A DNA stretch of 64,000 nt. Origin: Octopus vulgaris. Lineage: Eukaryota. Positions 14,701 through 27,800 of this stretch are shown here, one piece after another. Under the pieces are notes generated by a model. The model was not told the origin of the DNA. It was given only the letters and a program-made list of their open reading frames with translations, and did not search any database. A program made the position numbers and the translations under genes. Positions within the stretch are counted from its first letter, which is position 1, and each line of letters starts with the position of its first letter. The stretch is from the NCBI GenBank assembly GCA_951406725.2, contig OX597817.1:146630001-146694000 (forward strand), read 5' to 3'.

Positions 14701-15029
14701 GCGTTATGAAGGGCATCCAGCTGTAGAAACACTGCCAGATCAGGCTGGTCTTGGTGCAGCCTCCTGGCTTCCCAGACCCCGGTTGAACCATCCAACCCCT
14801 GCTAGCATGGAAAACGGACGTTAAACGATGATGATGATGAAACTGACCTGAGGACTTGCTCTTTGTAAGCCTAGTACTTATTCTATCGGTCTCTTTTGTC
14901 GAGCCGCTAGCTTACGGGGATGTAAACTCACAGACATCGGTTGTCAAGTAATGGTAGTGGGTACAAATACAGACACAGAAGATGCACATGCATATATACA
15001 CACATTCACCATCATCGTTTAATGATGGT

Positions 15030-15064
<35 letters not shown>

Positions 15065-15314
15065 ATACGACAGGCTTCTTTCAGTTTCTGCCTACCAAAT
15101 CCACTCACAAGGCTTTGGTTGGTCTAAGGTGCCACAGAGTGGGATTGAACCTGGAACAATGTGGTTGGAAAGAAAGTATCTAACCACACACCCACGCCTG
15201 TGCCTCTATGTATGTATGTATATATATATATATATATATCTGTAAATGTACATTTACAGATAAATTCCTCGATTTACATAATATCGAGGTCTCTTTCTTT
15301 TTGTTGTCTTACCA

Positions 15315-15383
<69 letters not shown>

Positions 15384-15536
15384 TAGTTTAGGGTATCTCA
15401 GAGATATGACCATGCTGAAAATAGCAGTCTCTCCGATACCCTAAATTATAAGTTTAAGTAATTATTACCTTTGAAAGGTTTTTATTCCCATGCTGGCCAT
15501 TTGATAAGATCAACATTTAAATATCGATCTTATCCT

Positions 15537-15588
<52 letters not shown>

Positions 15589-18500
15589 TTATATCATATT
15601 TATTGGTGGTGGTGTTGTCATTGTTGCAGTGGTATCATTTTCACTGCCATTGTTCTCCCACCCCACCACCCATTTCTGCTGTCTCCGTTGTCACTACTGT
15701 TGTCAACATTAGAACATTAACTCTTCTATTCCGTCACCGTCTCCATGTCCCCAATACTCACTGTTCACTTTATTACTCTAACCAAACTGTTCATTGTTAA
15801 ATAATGTGTCTAAATGTCAGACTCTGTTGTCCTAAATAATTTCATGTTTGTGAAGGGAAAATAAAGTTGAATTAATCTTTTATGTTGCCTTGTAGGATGA
15901 AGAGGGTGACTACATGGCGAAATTAGCAAAGCTCGTTAATGGAATGGGTCAGAATCTGTTTTCCTGTTATCAAAAGTAAGTATGATAATTTTGTGTTTGA
16001 GTAATTTCAAAAATGTCCCGTGACCTTTTGAAATGGAAGTCACTGCTTCCTGCAAAGAGCAGCATGGATGTTCTTAATATACTCTCTGTCTAAAGATCTT
16101 TTTTTCTTTTCTCTGCTTACTCTTCATATAAAATAAATTTTACCAAGTTTATTTACTGATTTTCTAATTGTAAAATTACTGCAAAATAAAACATGGATGT
16201 AAATAACGGGGCTATTGTTAACAGCAGGCCTGGCAGTCTGGTAAGAAGTTTGCTTTCAAACCACATGGTTTTGGGTTCAGTCCCACTGTATAGCACCTTG
16301 AAGTGTCTTCTACTCTATCCCTTGTGAGTGGATTTGATTGACAGAAACTGAAAAAGTCTGTTGCATGCGTATGTGTGTGTGTGTATTTGTATGCATATGT
16401 GTCTGTTACTGTCCCTTTACCTTGTGTTCCCATGATAGTTATAAGTGAATGTTGCCATCAAGCAAGTGGTGCCCTTTGCAATCTTCTACAAAGACATGTC
16501 TAGTCAGGGGGTAGTATTTCCTTATTTGGAAACTTGTGAGGGTTGGTGATGGGGAAAAGGTATCTGGCTATAGGAAATCTGCTTCAACAAATTCTGTCAG
16601 ACCCATGCAAGCATGGAAAAAGTGGTCATTAAATGATGATGGAAACTTGAAAACAATTAGGTTTTTGTATCAGAGAATCAGAGATGATCTCAAGTAGTTT
16701 GATATCTGGAAGGTTCATGGTTTTGACTACTTTGGTAACTTGATGCTGTTGGTGCTGTCATTTTTTTTCTTAAATGGTTCCTGTTTAGGAAGTACATTCA
16801 GCTGTAAAAACTGTTTTAACATTCATCATCATCATTTAACGTCCATTTTCCGTGCTAGTACGGGTTGGACTTCCATATTGAAATATGAATATATCAAATT
16901 ATTTAGTCCACGCTGGCATTAAATGTGTAATTCTTTAGCATTTAAGCCAGTCGAATCAGTCCAAAATATTGTTTTATGTTCAAACCAGCCAGATCCAGCC
17001 TCTTACACTTACCTCACAATGTCATTCTAAAATTAAATAATCACGTCATTGAAATCTCAAAGCTATGAGATAAGCTGTGATTAATTCAAAACAATGCGAA
17101 TTAATAAGCATTAGATTTAACAGAATAATCTGAATGCTAAAGGGAAATTATTTTTTAACTAATTCCCATATTCTTCAGTTCAGTATTTTCTTTTTTGGCT
17201 GATGCCAATGCTACCTGACTGGCACCCGTGCTGGTGGCATGTAAAAAGCACCATTCAAGTATGGTTGATGCCAGTGCCACCTGACTGGCTCTTGTGCCAA
17301 TAGCATGTAAAAAGCATCCACTACACTCTTGGCATGGTTGGCGTTAGGAAGGGTATCCAGCTGTAGAAACCTTGCCAGATCAGACTGGAGCCTGGTGCAA
17401 CCTACTGGCTTGTCAGTCCTCAGTCAAACCATCCAGCCCGTGCCAGCATAGAAAGTGGATGTTAACAATAATGATGATATATCCAAGCATCACTGCAGTC
17501 CAATGATTGAAATAAGTAAAAGAAAAAAATTATAAAATTCATTTTTCTTCTTCAGAATGTTAAAAACTGACATAAATTCAGCATTGAACTGTTTACAAGC
17601 CATCGAGAGGAAGCTGCCTCTTGTACTCCGTTTCCTTAGTCATGAAGATGACGACATCTCAGAGGCTGTGATTGGTTTTGCACAAGATTATATTGGACTC
17701 CTGAAACAGTCTCCAAACTTGACTCCAAGACAGAGAGAACATATTCAGGTAAGTGAAATAAATGAATCTCTTCACCATTGAATTCAGTAATTTTTTTTTA
17801 GAATTTTGGCACACGATTAGCAGTATTAAGGGGTGGGTGAAGTCCGTTACATCAACCCCAGGGCTCAACTGGTACTTAATTTTATCTAACCCCGAAAGAA
17901 TGAAAGGCAGATTTGATCTTGGTGGGAGTTGAGATCAAGCTGGAAAGAACCACAAGAAATGCCACTGAACATTTTTGTTTGACGCACTAGCAATTCTGCC
18001 AGTTCACTGCCTTGGAATTCAATATTTGATTCAGATTGTCTACAGTTTCATCATTTTCTATTGAAAAGTGCAGAGCTGCAGAATGATCTGCTAAAAGAAA
18101 TCCATCATCGTCATCGCTTAACATCTGTTTTCCATGCTGGCATGAATTTGGATGGTTTGTGTGAAGCGTGGAAATCTTGTGGCTGCACCAGGCTCCAATC
18201 TGATCTGGCAATGTTTCTACAGCTGGATGCCCTTCCTAATGCCAGCCACTCTGAGAGTGTAGTGGGTGCTTTTTACGTGTCACTGGCACAGGAGCCAGTC
18301 AGGCGGCCCTGGCATCGATCATGTTCAGATAGTGCCTTTTACATGCCACCGGCATGCGAGCGAGCGAGAAAATAAACAACACATCAAAATAACTCACTCC
18401 TAGAAAGAGTGATAGAACAAAGAAACAAGCCATTCAATTAAATCAGTCTTAACTCGCTATGTGACCATAGAAGTAATTGCATGTTCCCCACCACCACTGC

Positions 18501-21500
18501 ATTTACAGTGGGGCCCAGATGTAGCAATTCAGGGGGCTAAATTAGGAAAACTGTGAAGCCACATGATATTGTGTCACATGGTTCTTTGAGGTTGGACACA
18601 AACTGTCTTTTTCTCATCAAACGGTCAGGAGTCCTTCCTTTTCTCCTTTGACTAAAGCATTAAGAAAACAAGGGTGATTTTATTTGGTGTAGGTGATAGA
18701 AGCCAAATGTTTTCTTTTCCAATATTTCAGCCAGTACTTATGGATTGAATTTATATCAGTGGTTCTCAACTGTGGCTCCCAGGACTGCAAGCTGCCCTGA
18801 AGCTTCCTTCTGATAGCTCTGGATGGAGTTCCCTCTATAAATATGATTTTTTCTTTGACTTATGTTTTTTGGTGTGGTCCCCCTAAAAAAATCCATGTTT
18901 CGGACCTGTCCTGGGTATTAAAAAGGTTGAAAACCACTGATTCATATTATAAAATTTGTTTCAATATTTGGGAGCTTTTAATGATTTATCAATATCTTCC
19001 TATTTTTTTTAAAATTTTCAGCAAATGTTAATTATCATAATCAACAAACTGAAGTATGATGAAACATATAACTTTGACATTGAGGTAAGTCCTGGCTATT
19101 TACACATTAATATTGATATTTGATGATGTTATTCCATAAAATGTCCATTGGTGCAGGAAATCCAGAACTAGAGACCCCCCAGAAGGGTTTGGTACCAAAA
19201 GGGTTAAAAAAAAAAGAAACTATGTAACATCATCATTGTTGGTGTAGGCTGGAAGGTTTGGCAGGGGCTGTCAAGGTGGAGTCATCTGTTTTGACATGGT
19301 TTCTATGGCTTGATGCCCTTCCTAATGCCAAACATTTTACAAAGTGTATTGGGTGCCTTTTTGACTTGATGCCAGCACTAGTGCCTTTATTGTGGCACCA
19401 GCACAGGTGATTTTAATGTGGCACCTGCATGGATACTTTCAACATGTAGCTGGCATGTGTGCTTCTCAGATGGGGTCTGGCACGTGTGCTTTCCGCGTGG
19501 GGGCCCCAGCATGTCTGCTTTCTGCGTGGAGGCCCGGCACGTGGGCTTTCCGCGTGGGGGTCCTGGCACGTGGGCTTGGGGGGGGCTTTCCACGTGGGGG
19601 CTGACATGGGGCTTCTTTTACATAGCATAAACCTCCTGCTTTATGCTAATATGCAGTTTTAAGGTGTTATTTTTAACTCTTTCAGGGAGAGGAAGAAGCT
19701 ATGTTCCAAGATTACAGAAAGCAGGTGAAGATCATATTCAATAACCTTGCTCAGCTGGTAAGTGTTTATCCTTTAACAGTCTTCATTTGTTCATTCATTT
19801 TTATGTCTCTTTTTCCATGCTAGCATGGGTTCAATGAGTAGTTCTTGTTGCAGCATTAATTTACAACCTAATGCCATTCTTGTTTGCTAACCCTTATGAT
19901 TTTCAAACAAGAATTTATTTTTTTGTTTATCATTGGAAAGTGCAGAGCTGCAGAATGATCTGCTAAAAGGAATCAATGTTTTTTATGTGCCACCGGCATG
20001 GGAGCCAGTCAGGCGGCCCTGGCATTGATCACGTTCAGATAGTGCTTTTTACATGCCACCAGCATGGGAGCCAGACAGGTGGACAGTCAACTTAATATTA
20101 CCTTTGTTCAAATGGTTTCATTTGAAGATGACAGATGTAAATGCATGCACACATGCAAACAAGCATGCACATACATACATGTACACACAACGCATGCATA
20201 CTTATAAATTGTTTTTCCTGAAGATATATGGCCTTTATTGTCATATCTGCACGTATACATATGCAAGCCTGGGCAAGAATTTATCCTTTTCTTTAGTAAG
20301 ACTAACAGTTTCCCATGCTTGCAAGTTTCCCCTCTAAGCCACAGATGTGTATCCGAGGGAAAGCCTGTGCATATGGGCACAAGCATTGTGGTGTAGCTAA
20401 GAAGTCTGCTTCCCAACTCCATGGGTTTAGGTTCAGTTCCACTTGGAATCTTGGGCAAATGTCTTCTTTAGCCCCAGGCCGACCAAACCCTTGTGACTGA
20501 ATTTGGTTGATGGAAACTGAAAGTAGACTGCTGTCAATCATCCTCATCATCATTTAATATCCATTTTCCATACTGGCAAGGGTTGGATGGTTTGACAGGT
20601 TCTGGACAGCCTGATAGCTATACCAGGCTATATTTATTTATTTTGGGCATGGTTTCTTTAGCTGGATGCTCTTTTAATGCCAACCACTTTACAGAGAGTA
20701 TTGGATGCTTTTTATGTGGCACTAGTCTGTATGTCATCATCATTGCTTAACATCCATTTTCCATGCTGGCATGGGCTGGATGGCTTGACTGTGGTCAGGA
20801 GCAGCTACACCAGGCTCCAATCTAATCTGGCAACCACTCCAAGAGTGTAGTGGATGCTTTTTGCGTGCCACTGGCAGGGCCAGTCAGGCAGCCCTGGCAT
20901 TGATCACGTTCAGATAGTGCTTTTTATGTGCCACCGGCACGGGAGTCAGTCAGAGGGTACTGGTATTGGCCATGTTTGGATGGTGCTTTTTTATGTCCCA
21001 TCGGCACCAGAGGTGTTTACATTTGTACTTTTACAAAACTTGCACTTGTGTAAGCAGTGATGTTTTTATTTCCTCTGCCTATTTGCAATCTTGTGGCTCT
21101 GCACTTTCAAGAAACAGATAAAGTATCTTGTAAAGCAATGCCTCAATATATTTTGTCCAATCCAATCCAGCATGGAAAAACAGATGTAAAAACAAACGAA
21201 TATATAATTTATGCATATTCTTTAATTTCAGGATTCAAATATGGTTTTAATGACTGTGCATTCAGTTTTGTCAAATATGGTCTCTCAGTGGAAAACTTTG
21301 GAGTTTTGGGATGTTGAGATGCCAATTATGTTAATGTATATGCTTGGAGAGGCCCTTCCTGTAAGTTAACCATTTCTTTGGTTTTGATATTCTAAAATTA
21401 ATCTCTTTTCTGTTTTATTACTTTTGATAATGTTTAGCAACATATATTTAAAAATATAATTATATTAATCTACTTGCTGTATGGCATGACATAGTTCAGC

Positions 21501-24500
21501 CCTTTCATTTTAAGTTTTACTTTTGTATTATTTTACTCTTAACCCTTCAGTGAAGGCGCATGGCTTTTTGTAGCCAGTTTATATCTTAGGACTGACTATA
21601 TTGTTCAATATTTTTAAGATGGTAAAGTTTGATTTGAAGATTTTAGTTGCTTTTTCTTGAAAGTCAAGCAACCACATAGAGGCTGGATTTTTGACCAGTG
21701 TATATGAATGTTGCTGGAGCCACTGGAAACTAGTTAATAAGATACCTTACAATCGTGGTTGGTGGTTTGTATTTTGTATGGGCTTTGAGGAGCTGTCATG
21801 GCTAAGAGACTTAGCTCTCAATAGCCCAATTGATTTAACTGTAAACAGATAAAGCTCATTACCTTAAGCAATTGTAGCAATGTAAAACTGACAAGTGACT
21901 TGATTGGCCTTGTAATTTTGAGTTCAATTCCACATGTGTCTGTGTGATTAGGAGTTGGGCCACACCAGCTTAAGTACTTTTGTAGCTGTAACATAAGCCA
22001 AACATCAGAAAGTCAAATCAGAAGACATTATGCAAAGAGAAAATGCTAAGTTAATCCTTGACCAATATTATTTTAATTTGAGCAAGTACAGGGGACAATT
22101 GAGGATAGGTTCCCTCCTTATTAGACCTCATCTGTGAAGAATAGATTTACCTGTATTTAATGAGAGAATTGTGAAGTAAATATTCAAGAAAGTACACTGG
22201 TTGATGTAGAAGAGAGAAATGTTCAGAAACTCTGAGATGTCAATCACATAAAAGAGTCATTAGGCCTAAATGTAGTTTGCTAGCCTGCATTTTGTATTTC
22301 TTGAAGTGTTTTGTGCAAAAGCTGTCCATTTGTATTGCATTCATGTGTGCATATAGAAGCAGTCAGTGATATATAAGTACTTTTATTTGATAATTTGAAT
22401 CTGTAAAAAAAAAACTTTTTTTTTTTATCTATTTTAGTCTTCCAATCAAAGTTTTACTAGTTGCAAGGAGAAGCCTTCCCCTTTGCAAGAAATGATGCGA
22501 TTGGTAAGTGTTTATTTTTCAATATCCTGGTTATACAATCTATTTGTTTACTGCTAACCCCTTTTCACTGTAGATTAAAGGAGTTTCACTCTGTGAAGAA
22601 ATTTCCCCATGTTGTCTTGATTAGTCACATCAAGAACCTGCAGCTTAATTATTTTGGAATTTCTGCAGTAAGGATATAATTTGTATTTTCCATTATTTCT
22701 GGTTATTGTAGACTGCTCATGACATCCATTTAAAGTCAAGCAAGATCATGGTAGAATTTGGTAAAATACCTGAAACTTTCTTTTCTTTGTTGGTAGAAAT
22801 GAACTTTATATTTGGAAGACAATTTAGAATCCCAGAAACTATATTTTGAAGAACAATAGTCTGCTGATTCCGTCTAATTTTCACATCAATCAAGATTATA
22901 ATGGGATCCAATATAAAATATCCAAAAGTTTTTGATATTAGAATGTAAGTGACCTGAGAGAAAAGATGGACGTAAGAAGCTGGTGTAGTCATGAGTTGCA
23001 TGTGGATGAGGGCAGCTGTGTGAAGAAGTGTCACACCCTAACAGCGGAGGGAACCTGTGGAAGAGGACCCAGGAAGACCTGGGATGAGGAGGTGAAGCAC
23101 GACCATTGAACGTTGGACCTCACAAAGGCAATGACAAGTGACCCGAGACCTTTGGAGATCTACTGTGCTTGAGAAAACCCAGCCAGCCAAGTAAGATCGT
23201 GGCTGATGCCAGTGTTGCATAACTGGCCTGTTTAAAAGTACCCTTCAATCGTTGGGCAATATGCTGTGCTTGAGAAGACCTGTTGAGTCAAGTGAAATCC
23301 TAGTTGTGGCAGATGTCAGTACCGCCTGACTGGCTCCTGTGCTGGTTACATGTAAAAAGCACCATCCAAGTGTGGTTGATGCCAGTGCTGCCTGACTGGC
23401 CCTCATGCTGGTGGCACCTACTACACACTTGGAGTGGTTGGTGTTAAGAAGGGCATCCAACTGTAGAAACCTTGCCAGATCAGATTGGAGCCTGGTGCAG
23501 CCTCCTGTTTTGCTAGTCCTCAGTCAAACCATCCAACCCATGTCAGCATGGAAAGCGGATGTTAAACGATGACAGCGATGATGAGGATTAGAATGAACTG
23601 ATATTTCATAGTTAGCTTAAAGAGAATTTTTACAGATTGGTAGTTTGTGTCCTGGGCAGTCTTGATGGATTTGGTACATACAGAGGAAAAAGACAAAAAT
23701 AGAAGTTTTGAAATGGTTTAATTACCTGGATAAATGTATTAAACTTATTTCTTGCAATTAACGTTTTTGATGCCAACCTACATGTGACCACTCCTAAATC
23801 TGTGATTGAAATTCCTCAGCGTTAAAACTTATTGTCAAAATTTAATGTTAATTTGCATTCCAAATACCAGCTCAATAATTACTGTTATATTAGCAAATTC
23901 TCCATTATTTTTAAAAGGAATTGAAAGAAAGCCAATTTATTTCAACAGAAATATGGTAACAAAATGGTCAGTCATAAAAAGCCTTCCATCAAAATTTCAT
24001 ATTAATTATCCTTCATTAAGCTAGTGTTTGGACCATAAATTATTTTTCATCATAATGATGTTTTATATTTAGGCAGCAGTGTTTCTTTCTTTTATTCTCC
24101 TCAGTTTTAGCTCTAGTCAGCAATTTAAAATTGAATGCCTTTTCTTTTATTGTTTTTTTTTCCGGTTTTGTTTAAAATTTGTGCTCAAAATGTTTTTTCT
24201 TTTTTTTATCTTATCCATTTTCAGCTCGTGTCTTCAGGTGTTAGCTGTCATAAACACAGCTGTGTTCAACTTCAGGTTCTGGAGACAGTGGTGCGCTATG
24301 AAAAGTTTTTTAATACAGAACCAGAATATATTCCAGATGTTTTGGTTTGTAATGTTTTAAATTATGTAAAAAATATCTTTTGTAATCTTGCAAAACTAAT
24401 TCATTTGTAAATTCAAACTGTCCAACCCATGCCAGCATGGAAAGCGGACATTAAACGATGATGATGATGATTTAAAGTCACATTTGAAATGTATAACTTT

Positions 24501-24768
24501 ATATTCATTTAAAGTGTTTACTGTAAATCAGTGGTTCTCAGCTTGGGGTCCCATGTGACCCTTGGGGATCCACCTAAGATTTACTTCAGTTTTATACTCT
24601 TTTATTTGTTTGTCATTTGACTGTGGCCATGCTGGAGCGCTGCCTTTAGTTGAACAAATCGACCCCAGGACTTATTCTTTGTAAGCCTAGTACTTATTCT
24701 ATCGGTCTCTCTTGCCGAACCACTAAGTAAACACACCAGCATCGGTTGTCAAGCAAACATATACATAT

Positions 24769-24809
<41 letters not shown>

Positions 24810-27800
24810 TGCACACACATAAGTTGGGAGAGACGACGGGCTTCTTTCAGTTTCCATCTACCAAATCCACTCACAAGGCTTTGGTTGGCGCGAGGCTATA
24901 GTAGCAGACACTTGCCCAAGGTGCCATGCAGTGGGACTGAACCTGGAACCATGTGGTTGGTAAGCAAGCTACTTACCACGCAGCCACTCCTATGCCTGTT
25001 AAAAATTGTGTAATAAATTGGTTCTACTTCTACCCTATACAAAATATTTTAACAATTTTGATACAATTCTTAATAATATTTAATCTTAAAATACAATAGG
25101 ATTTTTTTTTTTATATCCATCAAACAGCTATGGAGGTCTGGTAGAGTAAAATTCTAAATATATTTGGGGGACTGCATTTTTTTTTTTTACATTGAAATGT
25201 AAACTTTGTTATAAGGTCTATAGTGTATTTTAGATCTGATTTTACTTGATTTAGAAATGGATTTGTAAAACAGTCACTTTTTAACTGGATTTAAGATTAG
25301 TTCTTTATTTGTTTTTCTCTCTTTATTCAGATGGCTTTTCTAGATGAGCGAGGACTTCGAAATAAATCACCACAAGTCCGCAGCAGAGCAGCCTATCTAT
25401 TTTCTCGTTTTGTAAAAGTTTTAAAGTAAGTTTCATATTTTAGACAATTTGTATTAATTTTAGTAAGAATGTGTTATTTCATTACTACGCCTTATGCCCG
25501 TAGGCATATGGCGTAGTGGTTAAGAGCGTGGGCTACTAACCCCAAGATTCCGAGTTTGATTCGAGGCAGTGACCTGAATAATAATAATAATAATAATAAT
25601 ATCGAAAAATACCATAGGAATGAGAACCCAGGTTCGAAATTTCCCCAAGACACTTGATAAAGGTATATCGGCCGAAATGTTGCGTTAGCAAAAAACAAGA
25701 TGAGGACAAATATCTGTTAAATGTAAATAAGGTAGCAAAAAAGGTATTTTGTATTAGCTGGATTTCAGATACTTTAAAAGAAAGAAAAAACATGAATGGA
25801 TGCAGTCTATTGATGCATTGGTTTTGTAGATGAGTGAGTAAAGATATGCTGAGTGAAAAAAGAGTGCTGGAAGTTGAAAGTTGAGGGACATCAGAGAAAC
25901 TTGGAATCAGATAGTCAATGGATCTGTAAACATTGGACCTGTCTGTTACCTGTAACTTTTTCAGCTCACTTGTTTGTTGATGTGGTGTGCAGCATTGCAA
26001 ACTTCATCGAACTGGAATGTGAAATAGATAAAGCTAGGCTGGGTTAACCCTTTCGTTACCAACCCGGCTCAAACCGGCTCTGGTTTTGTAGTACAAATGT
26101 TTTGTTTCTATAAGTTTTGAATTAAAATCTTCCACCAAACCTTAGTTACAATTTATGTTCTTAACACTAGCTTAATGATAACAAAGTTATTTTACTAAAT
26201 TATTTGTTATATTTAAAATAATGGAAAGAAACACAGAGCATCTCAAAATAAATATGGTAACAAAAGGGTTAAACAAGCCCTCTTTGGATAGAAAAAGTGA
26301 AAGTCTTTGTCTGTCGAAAGTTATATTTACACCCTAACATTTATAACTTTATCTTCTTTGAGTTCTAGTCATCAAAAACTAATTATTTTACATCACTTGA
26401 AGTTTCTAAATTATGTTAAGCCTTTTGTTATCGTATTTATTTTGAGATGCTCTGTGTTTCTTTGAATTACTTTAAATATAACAAAGAATTTAGTAAAATA
26501 ACTTGGTTATCATTCAGCTCGTGTTAGTAACATAAATTGTGACTTAGGTTTGGTGGAAGATTTTAATTCAAAACTTATGAAAACAAGACATTAGAGCTGG
26601 TTTCAGCCGGGTTGGTAACGAAAGGGTTAAATAGTTTCAGTAATTTCTGTGAAAACAAAATCCTGATAAATTTCAGAAGTGATTTCTTTTTCTTTTTCCC
26701 CAAATATATTTTTACATCTATTGATTCTTTTTTTTTTCTTTTCTATTTTAGAGCTCATCTGCAGGATTATTTGGAACACATTTTAAAGCAAATTACCGAC
26801 ATGCTTGTGTTGCATTCCCCAGAGAATGGCTGCATTCAGCAACTGTTGAGTTGTGATGACCAACTCTTTATTTATGAAACAGTTGGTATACTCATTGTTG
26901 CAAGTAATTTCCCACCAGAGGTAGATTCACCTATATTTTTTTTGTTTTCTTTGCCTTTTATCTCGAACCCCCATCTTAAAAGATAAATGTATGAGAGAAC
27001 GAAGTTTTGTCAACTACAGGGTGTTCAAAAAGTTCCTCTGCTGTGAATGTTCTTCTTCAAGATATATTTCAAAACATGTTTAGAAGAGTCAACTTATGTA
27101 TTGAAAATGGACAACACTTTCAACACCTCTTATGACGTTTTTTAAAGTCTTATATACTCTGTTGTAGTCTTATACCATCTTATAAATATTTATTTTGCAA
27201 TAAAATACTTACTGCGGAGAGACTTTTTGAACACCCTGTATTATCATGTTGTCGTCGTAACCTTTCCATTTTATTCAGTTTGTAATAAGTGAACAGAGAA
27301 ATGATTAAATATAGAACACCAACAGCGCCACATATAAAGCACCCATGCTGGTGCCATATATAAAGCCTCTGCTGGTGTCGCATATAATGCATATAAAGTG
27401 GTTGGCATTAGGAAGGGCATCTAGCCATAGAAACCATGCCAAAAGAGACAATTGGAGCCTGGTGCAGCTCTCCTACTTACCAGCTCCTGTTAAACTGTCT
27501 AAACCATTCCAGCATGGAAAATGGATGTTAAATTATGATGAATGAGATTTTTTTATTTCTTTCCAGCTCCATCTAGATTACTCCCTCTTACTACTCTTGT
27601 ATTATGGAAATAGCCATTTATATCTTCTGCAGCAAGCTATTTCTGTCCCTTCTTTCATGCATTAACCTCTCAACTCCTAACATAAAACTGCCTGCCTCCC
27701 TCTCTACTATGCTTTCATTCAATTGAGAGGTGTCTTTAATCTGGGGAATTACATGGTGACATCACTCATGCTGGTGCAATGATAAAAGTGGTTGGAGATT

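Noticed and set aside
25503-25575. Functional tRNA-Ser gene inside the tRNA exporter gene
   Set aside because: The acceptor stem is imperfect, there is no long variable arm or oligo-T terminator, and the head is always fused to the same repeat body, so it is a SINE-like head. Its location in XPOT is probably coincidental.
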